Source: an uncultured Alphaproteobacteria bacterium
GTDB taxonomy: Bacteria; Pseudomonadota; Alphaproteobacteria; Rhizobiales; CAWCWK01
Direction of reading: 5' to 3'
Assembly (NCBI GenBank): GCA_963842125.1
Contig: CAWJFE010000001.1
Location: 554,924 to 618,923, forward strand
Length of the DNA stretch: 64,000 bases
Every line of letters begins with the position of its first letter. Within the stretch, counting starts at the first letter, position 1. Both the position numbers and the translations under genes were made by a program. This document shows, piece by piece, positions 1 to 9,723 of the stretch. The notes below the pieces were generated by a model. It saw nothing but the letters and a program-made list of their open reading frames with translations. It did not search any database and was not told the origin of the DNA.

Positions 1-1089
1 AATTCGTTCTGCGGCCTCAACCTCGCCGCTCACGCCCTCGGGCTCATCGGGCGCGATCCGGCCTGGCTCCACGCCGCGCCGGCCGATGCCGATCTCGGAC
101 CCGCCATCGAGGCCGCGATCGCCGGCACGCATCCCACACCGCCCGGCACGCTGCGGCGCGGTATCGCGGACGATGTCGGCGAGCGGATCGCCACGCGGCT
201 GACGGGTGCCCGGATCGGCCTCGTCGGGCGCCATCCCGACGGTTTCGACACCTGCCGCTTCGACGATGACGACCTGATGCAGCGCTTCGGCGCCGAGGTG
301 CCGCGCGCCCGGCTCGACACGCTCTTTCGCAACGCCGCCAAGGTGACGCCGGAGCGGGCGGCGCAAGTGAGGGCCCGCGTCGATGCGGGGGTGGAGGGCG
401 CCGATGCCGTCGATCAGGAAGAGCTCGACCGCTCCTGCCGCCTCTTCGCCTCGCTCCAGGACGTGATCGAGTCGAAATCGCTCGACGCGCTCGCCGTGCG
501 CTGCTGGCCCGAGACCTTCACCGACTATGGCTGCGCCGCCTGCGGCCCGATGGCGATGCTGACGCAGGACGGCGTGCCGGCCGCCTGCGAGGCCGACGTC
601 TGGGGCGCGATCACCTCGCTGATGATGACGGAGGCGGCCGACGGCCCTGCCTTCCTCGTCGACGTGGTCGATCTCGACGACGAGACCGATACCGGCGTCG
701 TCTGGCATTGCGGCCTCGCGCCGCTGGAGATGGCCGATCCGGAGTTCGCGCCGCGCGCCGACCTCCACTCCAACCGGAAGATGCCGCTTCTCCACGCCTT
801 TCCCTTGAAGCCCGGCCGGATCACGCTCGCCCGCCTCAGCCAGTCGCGCGACGACCCGAAACTCGTGCTGATGGGCGGCGAGGTGGTGCGCGCCTCGGGC
901 GATGCGCCGGCGATGAGCTTTTCGGGCACGTCGGGCATCGTGCGCTTCGATGTGGGCGCCAAAGGCGCGCGCGAGGCGATCCTCGGCCATGCGCTCGAGC
1001 ATCACGTCTCGATCGTCTACGGCGACATCCGCCCGGCCCTGCGCGCGGCTGCTGCCGCGCTCGACATGGCCGTCCTCGACATCGCATGA
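1..1089 (+). CDS. sugar isomerase of the L-fucose/L-arabinose isomerase family (5' end outside window)
   Basis: Frame 1 is open from base 1. The listed ORF 277..1089 is only its in-window Met-initiated part. The C-terminal half (CWPETFTDYGCAACGPMAML...CEADVWGAITS...VWHCG) resembles the fucose/arabinose isomerase fold. Family assignment is from memory only. Confidence 0.55.
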   Translation, partial: NSFCGLNLAAHALGLIGRDPAWLHAAPADADLGPAIEAAIAGTHPTPPGTLRRGIADDVGERIATRLTGARIGLVGRHPDGFDTCRFDDDDLMQRFGAEVPRARLDTLFRNAAKVTPERAAQVRARVDAGVEGADAVDQEELDRSCRLFASLQDVIESKSLDALAVRCWPETFTDYGCAACGPMAMLTQDGVPAACEADVWGAITSLMMTEAADGPAFLVDVVDLDDETDTGVVWHCGLAPLEMADPEFAPRADLHSNRKMPLLHAFPLKPGRITLARLSQSRDDPKLVLMGGEVVRASGDAPAMSFSGTSGIVRFDVGAKGAREAILGHALEHHVSIVYGDIRPALRAAAAALDMAVLDIA

Positions 1090-1109
1090 TCCGGCCCGGT
1101 GGTGGAGAC

Positions 1110-1286
1110 ATGAAGACCAAGCCCAACATCATCATCGTCGGCGCGATCATCTTCGTCCTCATGTGGGGCGGGCTGAGCGTGCTGCCCCCGCTCGGCACGT
1201 TCGGGCTCGCGCTTCTCGGCCTCTCCAGCGCGGCCATCGCCTACGCGGCGGCCTATGCGATCGCGCGCCGGCGAGGCCGTCCGTGA
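1110..1286 (+). CDS. small hydrophobic membrane protein (58 aa)
   Basis: ATG at 1110 follows GGTGGAGA. Translation is MKTKPNIIIVGAIIFVLMWGG...ALLGLSSAAIAYAAAYAIARRRGRP, with two predicted TM segments. Lies between the isomerase and the GH31 gene. Confidence 0.45.
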   Translation: MKTKPNIIIVGAIIFVLMWGGLSVLPPLGTFGLALLGLSSAAIAYAAAYAIARRRGRP

Positions 1287-1381
1287 ACGGTCCGGGCGCG
1301 CCGGAGAGCCCCGTGCCGACGGCCCAGCCGCTCGCCCCGCCCCTCCCCCATGATCGCTCGCAGACGCTGGCCGTGCCCCGC

Positions 1382-3463
1382 ATGGACAGCGTCTTCGACA
1401 TGCTCAATCCGGACTGGTCGCGCTACCCGGCCGTGCGCGTCACGGGGCCGGCCGTGCAGGACGGGGCGCGGGTGCATGTCCCCACCGATGCCGGACGGTT
1501 GACGATCGCGCCGCTGCCCGATGGCGTCCGCCTCACCCTAGGCGGCGAGGGCCAGCCCGATTACGGCATCCTCGCCGATGTTCCCTGGTCGCCCGTCAGC
1601 CAGATCGTCGAGGAAGAGGGCGCGACGCGCATCGCCTGGGGCCTCTACACGCTCACCATCCGCCACGCGCCCTTCGCGCTCGACTTTCGCCGCTGGGACC
1701 GCCCGATCCTCTCGTCGGCGACCGACGCCCATTTCGTGCGCGAGTTTCGCCTGCCGCCCCTCGCCCGCGTACCGACGCCGACGGGCGAGGGCTGGTTCGT
1801 CTCTCTTGGCCTCGGCTCGCACGACGCGGTCTACGGGCTCGGCGAGAAATGGGGCGCGCTCGACCGGCGCGGCCAGCTCGTCCATTCCTACACCTACGAT
1901 GCGCTCGGCGTGAACGCGGAGCGCTCCTACAAGAACGCGCCCTTCGCCTGGTCGCCCGCGGGCTGGGGCGTCTTCGTCCACACGCCCGCCCCGGTTCACC
2001 ACGGCGTCGGCTTCGCCCAGTGGTCGCACCGCTCCTACGGCATCGTGCTCGAGGACGAGGGGCTCGACCTCTTCCTCCTCGCCGGCGATACGGGCGCCGA
2101 GGTGATCGAGCGCTATACCGCCCTCACGGGGCGCATGCCGATGCCGCCCGCCTGGTCGATGGGCACGATCCTCTCACGCGCCTACTACCGCACGGCCGAC
2201 GAATTCCTCGCCGCCGCCCGCGAGGCGCGCGACCGGGGCCTGCCCTGCGATACGATCACGCTCGACGGGCGCGCCTGGCTCGACACCCGCACCCGCTTCG
2301 CCTTCGAATGGGACGCGTCGCGCTACCCCGACCCCAAGGCCGTGCTCGACGAGGTCCACGCGCTCGGCTTCAAGGTCTGCGTCTGGGAATACCCCCTCGT
2401 CTCGGTCGAGCATCCCTTGTTTGCCGAGATGTCGGCCAAGGGCTGGCTCCTCAAAGATGGCGAGACCGGCGATACGCTGCGCTATGTCTGGGACAAGGAA
2501 CCGTTCGGCGCCGTCCTGACGCCGCTCCCCGACAGCGGCATCGTCGATTTCACGCACCCCGATGCCTACGCCTTCTGGCGCGACAGCCACGAGGCGCTCC
2601 TCGCCGTCGGCGTCGACATGATCAAGACCGATTTCGGAGAGCAGGTCGGCGACAACGCCGTCGCGCACAATGGCGACACCGGGCGGCGGCTGCACAACGT
2701 CTATCCGCTTCTCTACAACGCTTGCGTCTTCGAGGCGATGGAGCGCCATGCGCCCGATGGCGGTTTTCTCTTCGGACGCGCGGGCTGGGCGGGCAGCCAG
2801 CGTTACCCGGCGCAGTGGGGCGGCGATCCGCAGGCCGACTGGGAGGGGCTGGCCGCGAGCATCCGGGGCGGCTTGTCCTGGGGCGCGTCGGGCGCGCCCT
2901 GCTACGCGACCGACATTGGCGGCTTCTACGCCGACAATCGCGACCCCGAACTCTTCGTGCGCTGGACGCAGGCGGCGATCTTCTCGTCCCACATCCGCTT
3001 TCACGGCATCGGCACGCGCGAGCCCTGGTCCTACGGGCCGCAGGCCGAGGCCGCCGTCAGGGCGGCGCTCGCGCTGCGCTATCGTCTGCTGCCCTATCTC
3101 TGGAAGACGCTCGCCGAGGCACACGAGACGGGCCTGCCCGTGCAGCGCCTGATGGCGCTGGCCTTCCCCGATACGCCGCCGGCCTGGGCCTTCGAGACGC
3201 AGTTTCTCTTCGGCGACGACCTCCTCGTCGTTCCGGCGACCGAGCCCGGCGGCAAGGTTCGCTTCTACCTGCCCGAGGGGCGCTGGCACGACTGGGCGAC
3301 GGGCGATGTGCTGGAAGGAGGCGGGCGGGTCTACCAACGCCGGCTCCTCCTCGACGAGATCGCTCTCTTCGCGAGGGACGGCGCCGCCATCCCCCTCGGC
3401 CCGGAGACCGACCGGATCGGCGACACCGTGCCCGAGACCGCCGAGATCCGCCGCTTCGGCTGA
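1382..3463 (+). CDS. glycoside hydrolase family 31 (alpha-xylosidase/alpha-glucosidase, YicI-like)
   Basis: GH31 motifs GVDMIKTDFGE (nucleophile region) and YPAQWGGDPQADW. Start chosen at MDSVFDML (1382); the upstream part of the 950..3463 ORF is Arg/Pro-rich and looks non-coding. Confidence 0.85.
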   Translation: MDSVFDMLNPDWSRYPAVRVTGPAVQDGARVHVPTDAGRLTIAPLPDGVRLTLGGEGQPDYGILADVPWSPVSQIVEEEGATRIAWGLYTLTIRHAPFALDFRRWDRPILSSATDAHFVREFRLPPLARVPTPTGEGWFVSLGLGSHDAVYGLGEKWGALDRRGQLVHSYTYDALGVNAERSYKNAPFAWSPAGWGVFVHTPAPVHHGVGFAQWSHRSYGIVLEDEGLDLFLLAGDTGAEVIERYTALTGRMPMPPAWSMGTILSRAYYRTADEFLAAAREARDRGLPCDTITLDGRAWLDTRTRFAFEWDASRYPDPKAVLDEVHALGFKVCVWEYPLVSVEHPLFAEMSAKGWLLKDGETGDTLRYVWDKEPFGAVLTPLPDSGIVDFTHPDAYAFWRDSHEALLAVGVDMIKTDFGEQVGDNAVAHNGDTGRRLHNVYPLLYNACVFEAMERHAPDGGFLFGRAGWAGSQRYPAQWGGDPQADWEGLAASIRGGLSWGASGAPCYATDIGGFYADNRDPELFVRWTQAAIFSSHIRFHGIGTREPWSYGPQAEAAVRAALALRYRLLPYLWKTLAEAHETGLPVQRLMALAFPDTPPAWAFETQFLFGDDLLVVPATEPGGKVRFYLPEGRWHDWATGDVLEGGGRVYQRRLLLDEIALFARDGAAIPLGPETDRIGDTVPETAEIRRFG

Positions 3464-3500
3464 GCGGCCGGGGGCCGCCCGCATCACTCGGTGCGACGCG

Positions 3501-4802
3501 TCATTCGGTGCGGCAGCGCCCTTCGCGGATGCCGCGCGACGAGCAATCGCCATTGGAGAGCCATTGCGGGCCGACCACGCGCGGACCACCCTCGCCGGCC
3601 GCGTCGGTGCCGGGGGCTTCGACCTCCGCGTTGACGGTGGGTGCCGACGTCGCCGGTTGGGCCGTGGACGGAGCCTCGACGGACTGGCGCGGCGTCGAGG
3701 GCGGTGCCGCGGGCGTCGTGGCCGGGCTCGGCAGCGCGGCCACATCGGCGGGCCGCTGCGTCGGGACGGGCGGCGGCGTTCGCAGGACGGGACCGATGGG
3801 GGCGCCTTCGCTGGAGAGATCGGGACCAGCCTCGAAACGCCCACCCGGCACCGTAGTGTCGAAGCGAGGCGTGGCCGGAGGGGCTGCCGATTGCAGCGGC
3901 GGCAAGGCCTCGGGCAGAACTGGAGGCAGCGGTTCACGCACTACTTCCGGGCTGACTTCGGGCAGAGCCGCGACCGTGGATCGAGCCGGCGCCTGACCAT
4001 AGACCGCGAGATCGGCCGGCGAGAGCCGCAACGACTCGCTGCTGGAGAGCGCGCGGGTTCGGCCGTAGACGGCGCGGCTCTCGGCCGGGCCGAGGGCGGC
4101 CGTCTGGCCGGGCGCGATCAGCCCGTCGAGCGGGATGAAGACGAAATGGCGGGGATCGGCCTCGCCGTCCGGCCCGAGCGGGGCCCAGCCGATCAGACCG
4201 GCGCCGATGCGCCAGGCCACGCGGGCCGGGCTCCAGTCGCTCCGCCCGGCGGGCGACCAGATCCAGCCCATATCGGCATCGTCGCGCCAGACGCCGGTAT
4301 GGTCGGTGATGGCCGACCAGGGGTCGGAGCCGCTCCAGACCCAGCCGCGCGCGGCCTCGTAGTCCCAGGCGCCATCCGTGAAGGGGCGCCAGCCGAGCGC
4401 CGCATAGGGTCGCCAGACCGTCTCGCCGCGCAGCACGATGAGTTCGCCGAAATCGAGCAAGGCCTCGAACTGGCCGACATCGGAGGGTAGAGCCGGCTCG
4501 CCCCAGAGGTTCGGCGCGAGATCGGGAAGGAGGCTGGGTGAGAGGTTCGGCGAGCGCGCGTCGTATTCGTAGAACCGCTCGCCCTGATAGCGCGGGCTCT
4601 CGCCCCAGCCGAGTTCGACCTGCCAGCCGCCTCGATCCGGACCGCGCCGCTCATAGGCGTCCTGCGCATTGGCGAGAATGGGAAAGGTACAGGCGAGGCC
4701 GAAGACCAGTCCGCCAAGGGCGCTTCGCAGCCGGCGCGCCCGGACATTGGATGACCGAGACCTGAAGACGTCCAAATCTCGTTCGGTCCTCTCGATACGC
4801 AT
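3501..4802 (-). CDS. secreted hypothetical protein, Trp-rich N-terminal domain plus Pro/Ala-rich C-terminal half
   Basis: Signal-like LGGLVFGLACTFPILANAQ after the Met at 4802. Repeated GW.W/W..W motifs (GWVWSGSDPW, MGWIWSPAG), then about 170 aa rich in P/A/T. No confident family assignment. Confidence 0.5.
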   Translation of the reverse strand: MRIERTERDLDVFRSRSSNVRARRLRSALGGLVFGLACTFPILANAQDAYERRGPDRGGWQVELGWGESPRYQGERFYEYDARSPNLSPSLLPDLAPNLWGEPALPSDVGQFEALLDFGELIVLRGETVWRPYAALGWRPFTDGAWDYEAARGWVWSGSDPWSAITDHTGVWRDDADMGWIWSPAGRSDWSPARVAWRIGAGLIGWAPLGPDGEADPRHFVFIPLDGLIAPGQTAALGPAESRAVYGRTRALSSSESLRLSPADLAVYGQAPARSTVAALPEVSPEVVREPLPPVLPEALPPLQSAAPPATPRFDTTVPGGRFEAGPDLSSEGAPIGPVLRTPPPVPTQRPADVAALPSPATTPAAPPSTPRQSVEAPSTAQPATSAPTVNAEVEAPGTDAAGEGGPRVVGPQWLSNGDCSSRGIREGRCRTE

Positions 4803-4946
4803 AGACTGGGCCCTCGCGGCGACGGTTGAACACGCGGCGACACGGGTCCCCGGCCCGATGCGGACCGGGATCGTCGCCCTCATAGCACATCCTTGACGCG
4901 CGAGGGCTGAACCTTGGCTGAACGGGTCGGATCCCGTCCGAGCCCC

Positions 4947-7613
4947 CTAGGCCGCCTCGGCGGGTCGCAGCTCCGACTTCGCGGCGGGCGGCGCCTGTCC
5001 CCTCAGCCTCGCCAAGGCGGCCGCGCTGTCGACGGCGCCGCCGAAGAGGAAGCCTTGTTGCCAGTCGCAGCCGGCGGCGCTCACCCAGTCCCGCTGGATG
5101 GGGGTCTCGACGCCCTCGGCGATCGTGCGCAGCCGCAGCGAGCGGGCGAGCGCGACGATGGCGCTGGCGAGGGCCGCGTCCTCGTCATTGGTCTGCGCGG
5201 CTGAAATGAGCGAGCGGTCGAGCTTGACCTGATCGAAGGTGCCGCCCCGCAGCGTGGCGAGAGACGTCGTCCCGGTGCCGAAATCGTCGAGACCGACATG
5301 GGCGCCGAGCGCGCGCAGATCCGTCAGGATCTGCAACATGGCGTGACGCTCCGGGCCTTCCGGCAGGGCCGTCTCCGAGATCTCGGCATGAAGGCGGTTG
5401 GCGGGCAGACCGGTGCGTTCGAGCGTCTCGGCGACCGTCTCGACGAGTCCGGCCTCGCGCAGCTGCATGACCGACAAGTTGACCATCACGCTCGCGTCCT
5501 GCCCGTCCTGCCGCCAGCGCGCCGCGTCCTCGCAGGCGCGCCCGAGAATCCAGTCGCCGATCTCGCGCATCAGGCCGGTCTCCTCGGCCAGCGGGAGGAA
5601 GACGCCGGGCGAGATCGGGCCGGCCGGCGCGTTCGGCCAGCGCAAGAGCGCCTCGAAGGCGACCGTCCGGCCGGACAGCGCATCGACGATCGGCTGGTAG
5701 TGGAGCGCCAGGTCGCGCCGATCGAAGGCCGCGCGCAGGTCCCGCTCCATCTGGCGCCGCGCATCCGATTCGATCCGCATGCTGGAGGAGTAGATCCGCG
5801 AGACGCCCCGCCCCGCCGCCTTGGCGTCGTAGAGTGCGACATCGGCGGCCTCGATGAGCGCGTCCGTTCCCATGCCGGCATCGGGCAGGCAGATGCCGAT
5901 GCTGGTGCCGACGTTGATGCGGGTCTCACCGACCGTGCAGGGCCGCGAGACGGTCTCGATGATGCGGGCGGCCAGCCGGCGCGCGTCGCTGGTCCGCGTG
6001 ACGCCGGTCTGTATGACGGCGAACTCGTCGCCGCCGAGGCGCGCCACGAAATCGATATCCCGCACGCAGGCCGTCAGCCGCTCGGCGACCGTGCGGAGGA
6101 GACCGTCGCCGACGGCGTGACCATGGGTGTCGTTGATCGGCTTGAAACCGTCGAGATCGAGATAGTGGAGCGCCAGACCGCCGCCGGCGACAAGCGGGCC
6201 CTCGCCGCTCTTGTGCGCAGCCTCGAGCGCTTCGCGCAGCGCGGCGTCGAAGGCGAATCGGTTGGCGAGGCCGGTCAGGGCGTCGGTCGAGGCGCGCCTC
6301 GCGATCCGGTCCTGCTCGGCGTGGGCCTCCGTCACATCGGCACCGAGGCCGCGCATACCGTCGAACCCGTCCATGCCCTGAACGACATAGCCGCTGAGCG
6401 ACCACCAGGTCGTCCGGCCGTCCTCACCCGCGATCGGCACGCGCACCGACCGGAACGCCCGCGGCTCCCGCATCAGGCCGATGAGAAGACGGCGCGTGCG
6501 GCGATCAGTGACGAGCGCGAGGACGGCCGAGGCCGTGCGCCCTTCGAGATCGGCCAATGGCCGGCCGAGCGCGAAGGCGAGACCGGGCGCGACGTCGACG
6601 AGACGGCCCGCGGCATCGATCCGCCAGACCCAGTCGCCGCTCTCGGTCCGAAAGTCGCCGAGAAGACGCTCCATGTTGGCGTCCCGGTGCCGGACCGCCT
6701 CCTGGTTTCGCACGCGCTCGCGGGTCTCGCGGGTATAGTTCACCACCACGATCTTCGAGATTAGGCTGTAGCAGAGGAGGACCGGCAGCAGAGGAACGGC
6801 GAGCCCGCCGCCGAAGACGGCCAGGGTCAGTCCGGCGCTGAGGGTCGTGATGCCGATATAGGAGAGGGCGGCCAGCGGCGCGGCCAGGATGGTGAGCCCG
6901 CCATAGATGATACCGGTCGAGACGGCCGCGATCATGATCGCGTTCGCGCCCTCGGCACCGATGAAGAAGAACGGGATCGCCACCGCCCAGAGCCCCCCGA
7001 GATAGAGGGAATGCAGGGCGATCGCATTGATCGTCGCCTTGCTGGCATGGGTGTGGACCTTGCTGCGCCCGCGCCACCAGCCCTGGACGTTGCGGATCGC
7101 GACGGCGACGAGGCCGGCCAACCAGCACAGCATGGCGAACCGGGACTTGTCGTCCCAGGCGGTCACGACGAGGACGAGGCCGCTCAGGAAGCTGGAGAAG
7201 CACAGGAACGGCACGTAGCGCATGACGCTGGCGACCTGCCCCGATCGAATCGCCCCCGGATCGGCGAGCGTGAGGCCGTAGACGTCGCGCTGGCAGACTT
7301 GCCAGGCGTCGATGAGGTTCGCCCGCATCTCGCGCATGAAGACGGGGATCGAGAAGGGTTTGTGCGCGGGCGCGCTGCGCATCCGGCGGTAGAGCGCGCG
7401 GGTGACGTCGTCGGGATCGACCGAGGCGGACTGGCCGCGCTCCCGCGCGATCCAGGCGTCCTGCGCCGCGCCCGCACCATCGCCGCGCGTACGGGATTCG
7501 GCATCCTCGGACCGCGTGTCTTGGCGTCTGCGTAAGGTTTCGGAGGCGTTCGTCACAAGTGCGGTCTCGGTTCCTTCTGGCCCACGCCGCGACGGGCGCC
7601 GGTCCGGGATCAC
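4947..7613 (-). CDS. membrane-anchored sensor with GGDEF and EAL domains (c-di-GMP synthesis/hydrolysis)
   Basis: Multi-TM N-terminal region, PAS-like segment, RLGGDEFAV (GGDEF), FEALLRW (EAL), DDFGTG. Start uncertain: GTG 7613 (longest) or GTG 7556 (VTNASE...). Confidence 0.85.
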   Translation of the reverse strand: MIPDRRPSRRGPEGTETALVTNASETLRRRQDTRSEDAESRTRGDGAGAAQDAWIARERGQSASVDPDDVTRALYRRMRSAPAHKPFSIPVFMREMRANLIDAWQVCQRDVYGLTLADPGAIRSGQVASVMRYVPFLCFSSFLSGLVLVVTAWDDKSRFAMLCWLAGLVAVAIRNVQGWWRGRSKVHTHASKATINAIALHSLYLGGLWAVAIPFFFIGAEGANAIMIAAVSTGIIYGGLTILAAPLAALSYIGITTLSAGLTLAVFGGGLAVPLLPVLLCYSLISKIVVVNYTRETRERVRNQEAVRHRDANMERLLGDFRTESGDWVWRIDAAGRLVDVAPGLAFALGRPLADLEGRTASAVLALVTDRRTRRLLIGLMREPRAFRSVRVPIAGEDGRTTWWSLSGYVVQGMDGFDGMRGLGADVTEAHAEQDRIARRASTDALTGLANRFAFDAALREALEAAHKSGEGPLVAGGGLALHYLDLDGFKPINDTHGHAVGDGLLRTVAERLTACVRDIDFVARLGGDEFAVIQTGVTRTSDARRLAARIIETVSRPCTVGETRINVGTSIGICLPDAGMGTDALIEAADVALYDAKAAGRGVSRIYSSSMRIESDARRQMERDLRAAFDRRDLALHYQPIVDALSGRTVAFEALLRWPNAPAGPISPGVFLPLAEETGLMREIGDWILGRACEDAARWRQDGQDASVMVNLSVMQLREAGLVETVAETLERTGLPANRLHAEISETALPEGPERHAMLQILTDLRALGAHVGLDDFGTGTTSLATLRGGTFDQVKLDRSLISAAQTNDEDAALASAIVALARSLRLRTIAEGVETPIQRDWVSAAGCDWQQGFLFGGAVDSAAALARLRGQAPPAAKSELRPAEAA

Positions 7614-7773
7614 ACCCCATCATGCCGCGCAAACCTTCCCAGGCACTCAACAGGACGTTCGTCATTCGAACAGTCTTCGTAGGAAGGCGCCGCGCTTCGA
7701 GCACGCGAACGGCTGGCGGCGAGGCCGGGGCTGCGCTTTAAGGGAGGCGCGAGCGAGCGACATGGGGCGGGGA

Positions 7774-8706
7774 ATGGCAGACATCGTGATTGCGGAGTTC
7801 ATGGATCAGGCGGCGGTCGACGATCTCGGCGCGACGAACGACGTCCTCTACGATCCGGCGCTGGTCGACGATCCGGACCGGCTCGCGCGCGAGATCGTCT
7901 CCGCCAGGGGGCTCATCGTGCGCAACCGGACGCAGGTGCGGGGGGCGCTCCTCGAGGCCGGCCGGGCACTTCGGATCGTCGGGCGGCTCGGCGTCGGGCT
8001 CGACAATATCGACGTCGCGGCCTGCGAGGCGCGGGGCATCCGCGTCGCCCCGGCGACGGGCGCCAACGACACGGCGGTGGCCGAATACGTCGTCTGCGCC
8101 GTGATGCTGCTGCTGCGCGGCGCCTTTCAGTCCCGCGCCGAGATGGAGGCCGGCGACTGGCCGCGCGGGCGCTCGATGGGCCGCGAGGTCGCCGGCGCGC
8201 GCCTCGGTCTGATCGGCTTTGGCGCCAACGCGCGCGAGACGGCCCATCGGGCCCGAGCGCTCGGCATGGTCGTCGCGGCCCACGATCCGCATCTCGGCCC
8301 CGACGATCCGGCCTGGGACGGCGTCGAGCGCCTGGCCCTCGACGCCCTGATCGCGCGGAGCGACGCCGTCAGCCTCCACGTGCCGCTGACGGACGAGACG
8401 CGCGGCCTGATCGACGCCGATGCGATCGCGGCGATGAAGCGGGGCGCGGTGCTCGTCAACGCCGCGCGCGGAGGGCTCGTCGATGAAGCCGCCCTGACAA
8501 GCGCCCTCCAGGGCGGCCATCTCGGCGGCGCGGCGCTCGATGTCTTCGCGCACGAGCCGCTGACGAAGGAGGCCGCGCAGGTCTTCGCCGGTGTGCCCAA
8601 CCTCGTCCTCACGCCCCATATCGCAGGCGTGACGGCGGAATCGAACGTACGGGTCAGCCGCGTCACCGCGCAGACGGTGCGCGACACCTTGAAGACCGAG
8701 TTGTGA
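7774..8706 (+). CDS. D-isomer-specific 2-hydroxyacid dehydrogenase (phosphoglycerate dehydrogenase-like)
   Basis: MADIVIAEFMD... start. NAD-binding GLIGFGANARE. LVNAARGGLVDE and TPHIAG catalytic His region are typical of the family. Confidence 0.85.
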   Translation: MADIVIAEFMDQAAVDDLGATNDVLYDPALVDDPDRLAREIVSARGLIVRNRTQVRGALLEAGRALRIVGRLGVGLDNIDVAACEARGIRVAPATGANDTAVAEYVVCAVMLLLRGAFQSRAEMEAGDWPRGRSMGREVAGARLGLIGFGANARETAHRARALGMVVAAHDPHLGPDDPAWDGVERLALDALIARSDAVSLHVPLTDETRGLIDADAIAAMKRGAVLVNAARGGLVDEAALTSALQGGHLGGAALDVFAHEPLTKEAAQVFAGVPNLVLTPHIAGVTAESNVRVSRVTAQTVRDTLKTEL

Positions 8707-9713
8707 GCGAGACCACGATGACCGAGACCACGACGATGACGCCGGCCGAAGCGCGCGCGCTCGTCGCCCGCATTCTCGAGGCGCACGATGTCGGTGCCGA
8801 CAACGCCGCCCATGTGGCCGAGGCGCTCGTCGCGGCCGAAGCCGACGGGCGGGCCGGGCACGGCTTCTCGCGCGTCGCGGCCTATGCAGCGCAGGCCCGC
8901 GCCGGCAAGGTGAAGGGGCATGTTGCCCCGACGGTCTCGGTCGACGGGGCGGTCGCGCGCGTCGATGCCGGCCACGGTTTCGCCTATCCCGCCATCGCGG
9001 CCGCGATGGGCGTCCTGCCCGATCTCGCACGGGGGCACGGGATCGCGCTCGCCCCCATCGACCGCTCGCACCATTGCGGCGTGCTCGGCCACGCCGTCGA
9101 GCGCCTGGCGCGCGAGGGGCTGGCGGCGCTGATGTTCGCCAACGCGCCGGCCTCGATCGCGCCCTGGGGCGGCTCCACGCCGCTCTTCGGCACCAATCCG
9201 ATCGCCTTCGGCATCTCGCTCGGCGATACCGACCCCGTCGTGATCGACCTCTCGGTCAGCCGCGTCGCGCGGGGCAACATCATGCGCGCCGCACAGGCCG
9301 GCGAGCCGATCCCCGAGGGTTGGGCGCTCGACGCCGAGGGCCGCGCGACGACCGACGCCAAGGCCGCCCTCGACGGCACGATGCTGCCGATGGGAGACGC
9401 CAAGGGCGTCGCGCTCGCGCTCATGGTCGAGGTGCTGAGCGCAGGGCTGACGGGCGCCAACTATTCCTGGCAGTCCTCGTCCTTCTTCGACGCCGAGGGC
9501 CCGCCGCCCGGCGTCGGCCAGGTCGTCATCGCGATCGATCCCGCCCGCTCGGGCGGCTCGGCGGCGCATCTGGCCGCGCTGGCCGAGGCCTATGCCGCCG
9601 ACGAGGGCGCACGCCTGCCGGGCGCCAAGCGCTTCGAGAACCGCGCGAAGGCCGAGCGCGACGGTCTTGCCGTGCCCGGTCCCATCCTGGCGCTGGACAG
9701 AGCCGGCGCCTGA
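8703..9713 (+). CDS. Ldh_2 family (malate/L-lactate/sulfolactate-type) dehydrogenase
   Basis: AEADGRAGHGFSRV...SHHCGVLG...APWGG...FGTNPIAFG pattern of the Ldh_2 family. GTGA overlap with the upstream dehydrogenase. Alternative ATG starts at 8718 and 8736. Confidence 0.8.
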   Translation: MSETTMTETTTMTPAEARALVARILEAHDVGADNAAHVAEALVAAEADGRAGHGFSRVAAYAAQARAGKVKGHVAPTVSVDGAVARVDAGHGFAYPAIAAAMGVLPDLARGHGIALAPIDRSHHCGVLGHAVERLAREGLAALMFANAPASIAPWGGSTPLFGTNPIAFGISLGDTDPVVIDLSVSRVARGNIMRAAQAGEPIPEGWALDAEGRATTDAKAALDGTMLPMGDAKGVALALMVEVLSAGLTGANYSWQSSSFFDAEGPPPGVGQVVIAIDPARSGGSAAHLAALAEAYAADEGARLPGAKRFENRAKAERDGLAVPGPILALDRAGA

Positions 9714-9723
9714 GAAGGGACCC

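Noticed and set aside
3464-3478. Short GC hairpins between convergent genes (gcggcc-ggg-ggccgc at 3464-78; ccggcgccgg at about 39340)
   Set aside because: The stems are only 5-6 bp with no U-tract, which is indistinguishable from chance palindromes in GC-rich DNA.
2174-3937. Long antisense or out-of-frame ORFs (e.g. 2174..3937-, 1849..3996+, 19376..21976-, 22954..25293-, 32721..35441+, 36865..38412-, 39700..42855+, 46861..48594-, 50330..52192-, 59020..60276-)
   Set aside because: Their translations are Arg/Pro/Gly/Ala-rich with no motifs. They overlap, on the other strand or in another frame, genes with clear conserved signatures (GH31, secA, hppA, flhB-fliR, fliO, TPR protein, copD/TRAP, psuK/psuG, ABC permease). 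These are shadow ORFs typical of high-GC DNA.
8709-8741. N-terminal in-frame micro-duplications containing ATG codons (ETTMT/ETTTMT at 8709-8741; NKPM/NKPM at 17848-17871)
   Set aside because: These are real direct repeats, but most simply explained as replication slippage in non-conserved N-termini. They only add uncertainty to start-codon choice.
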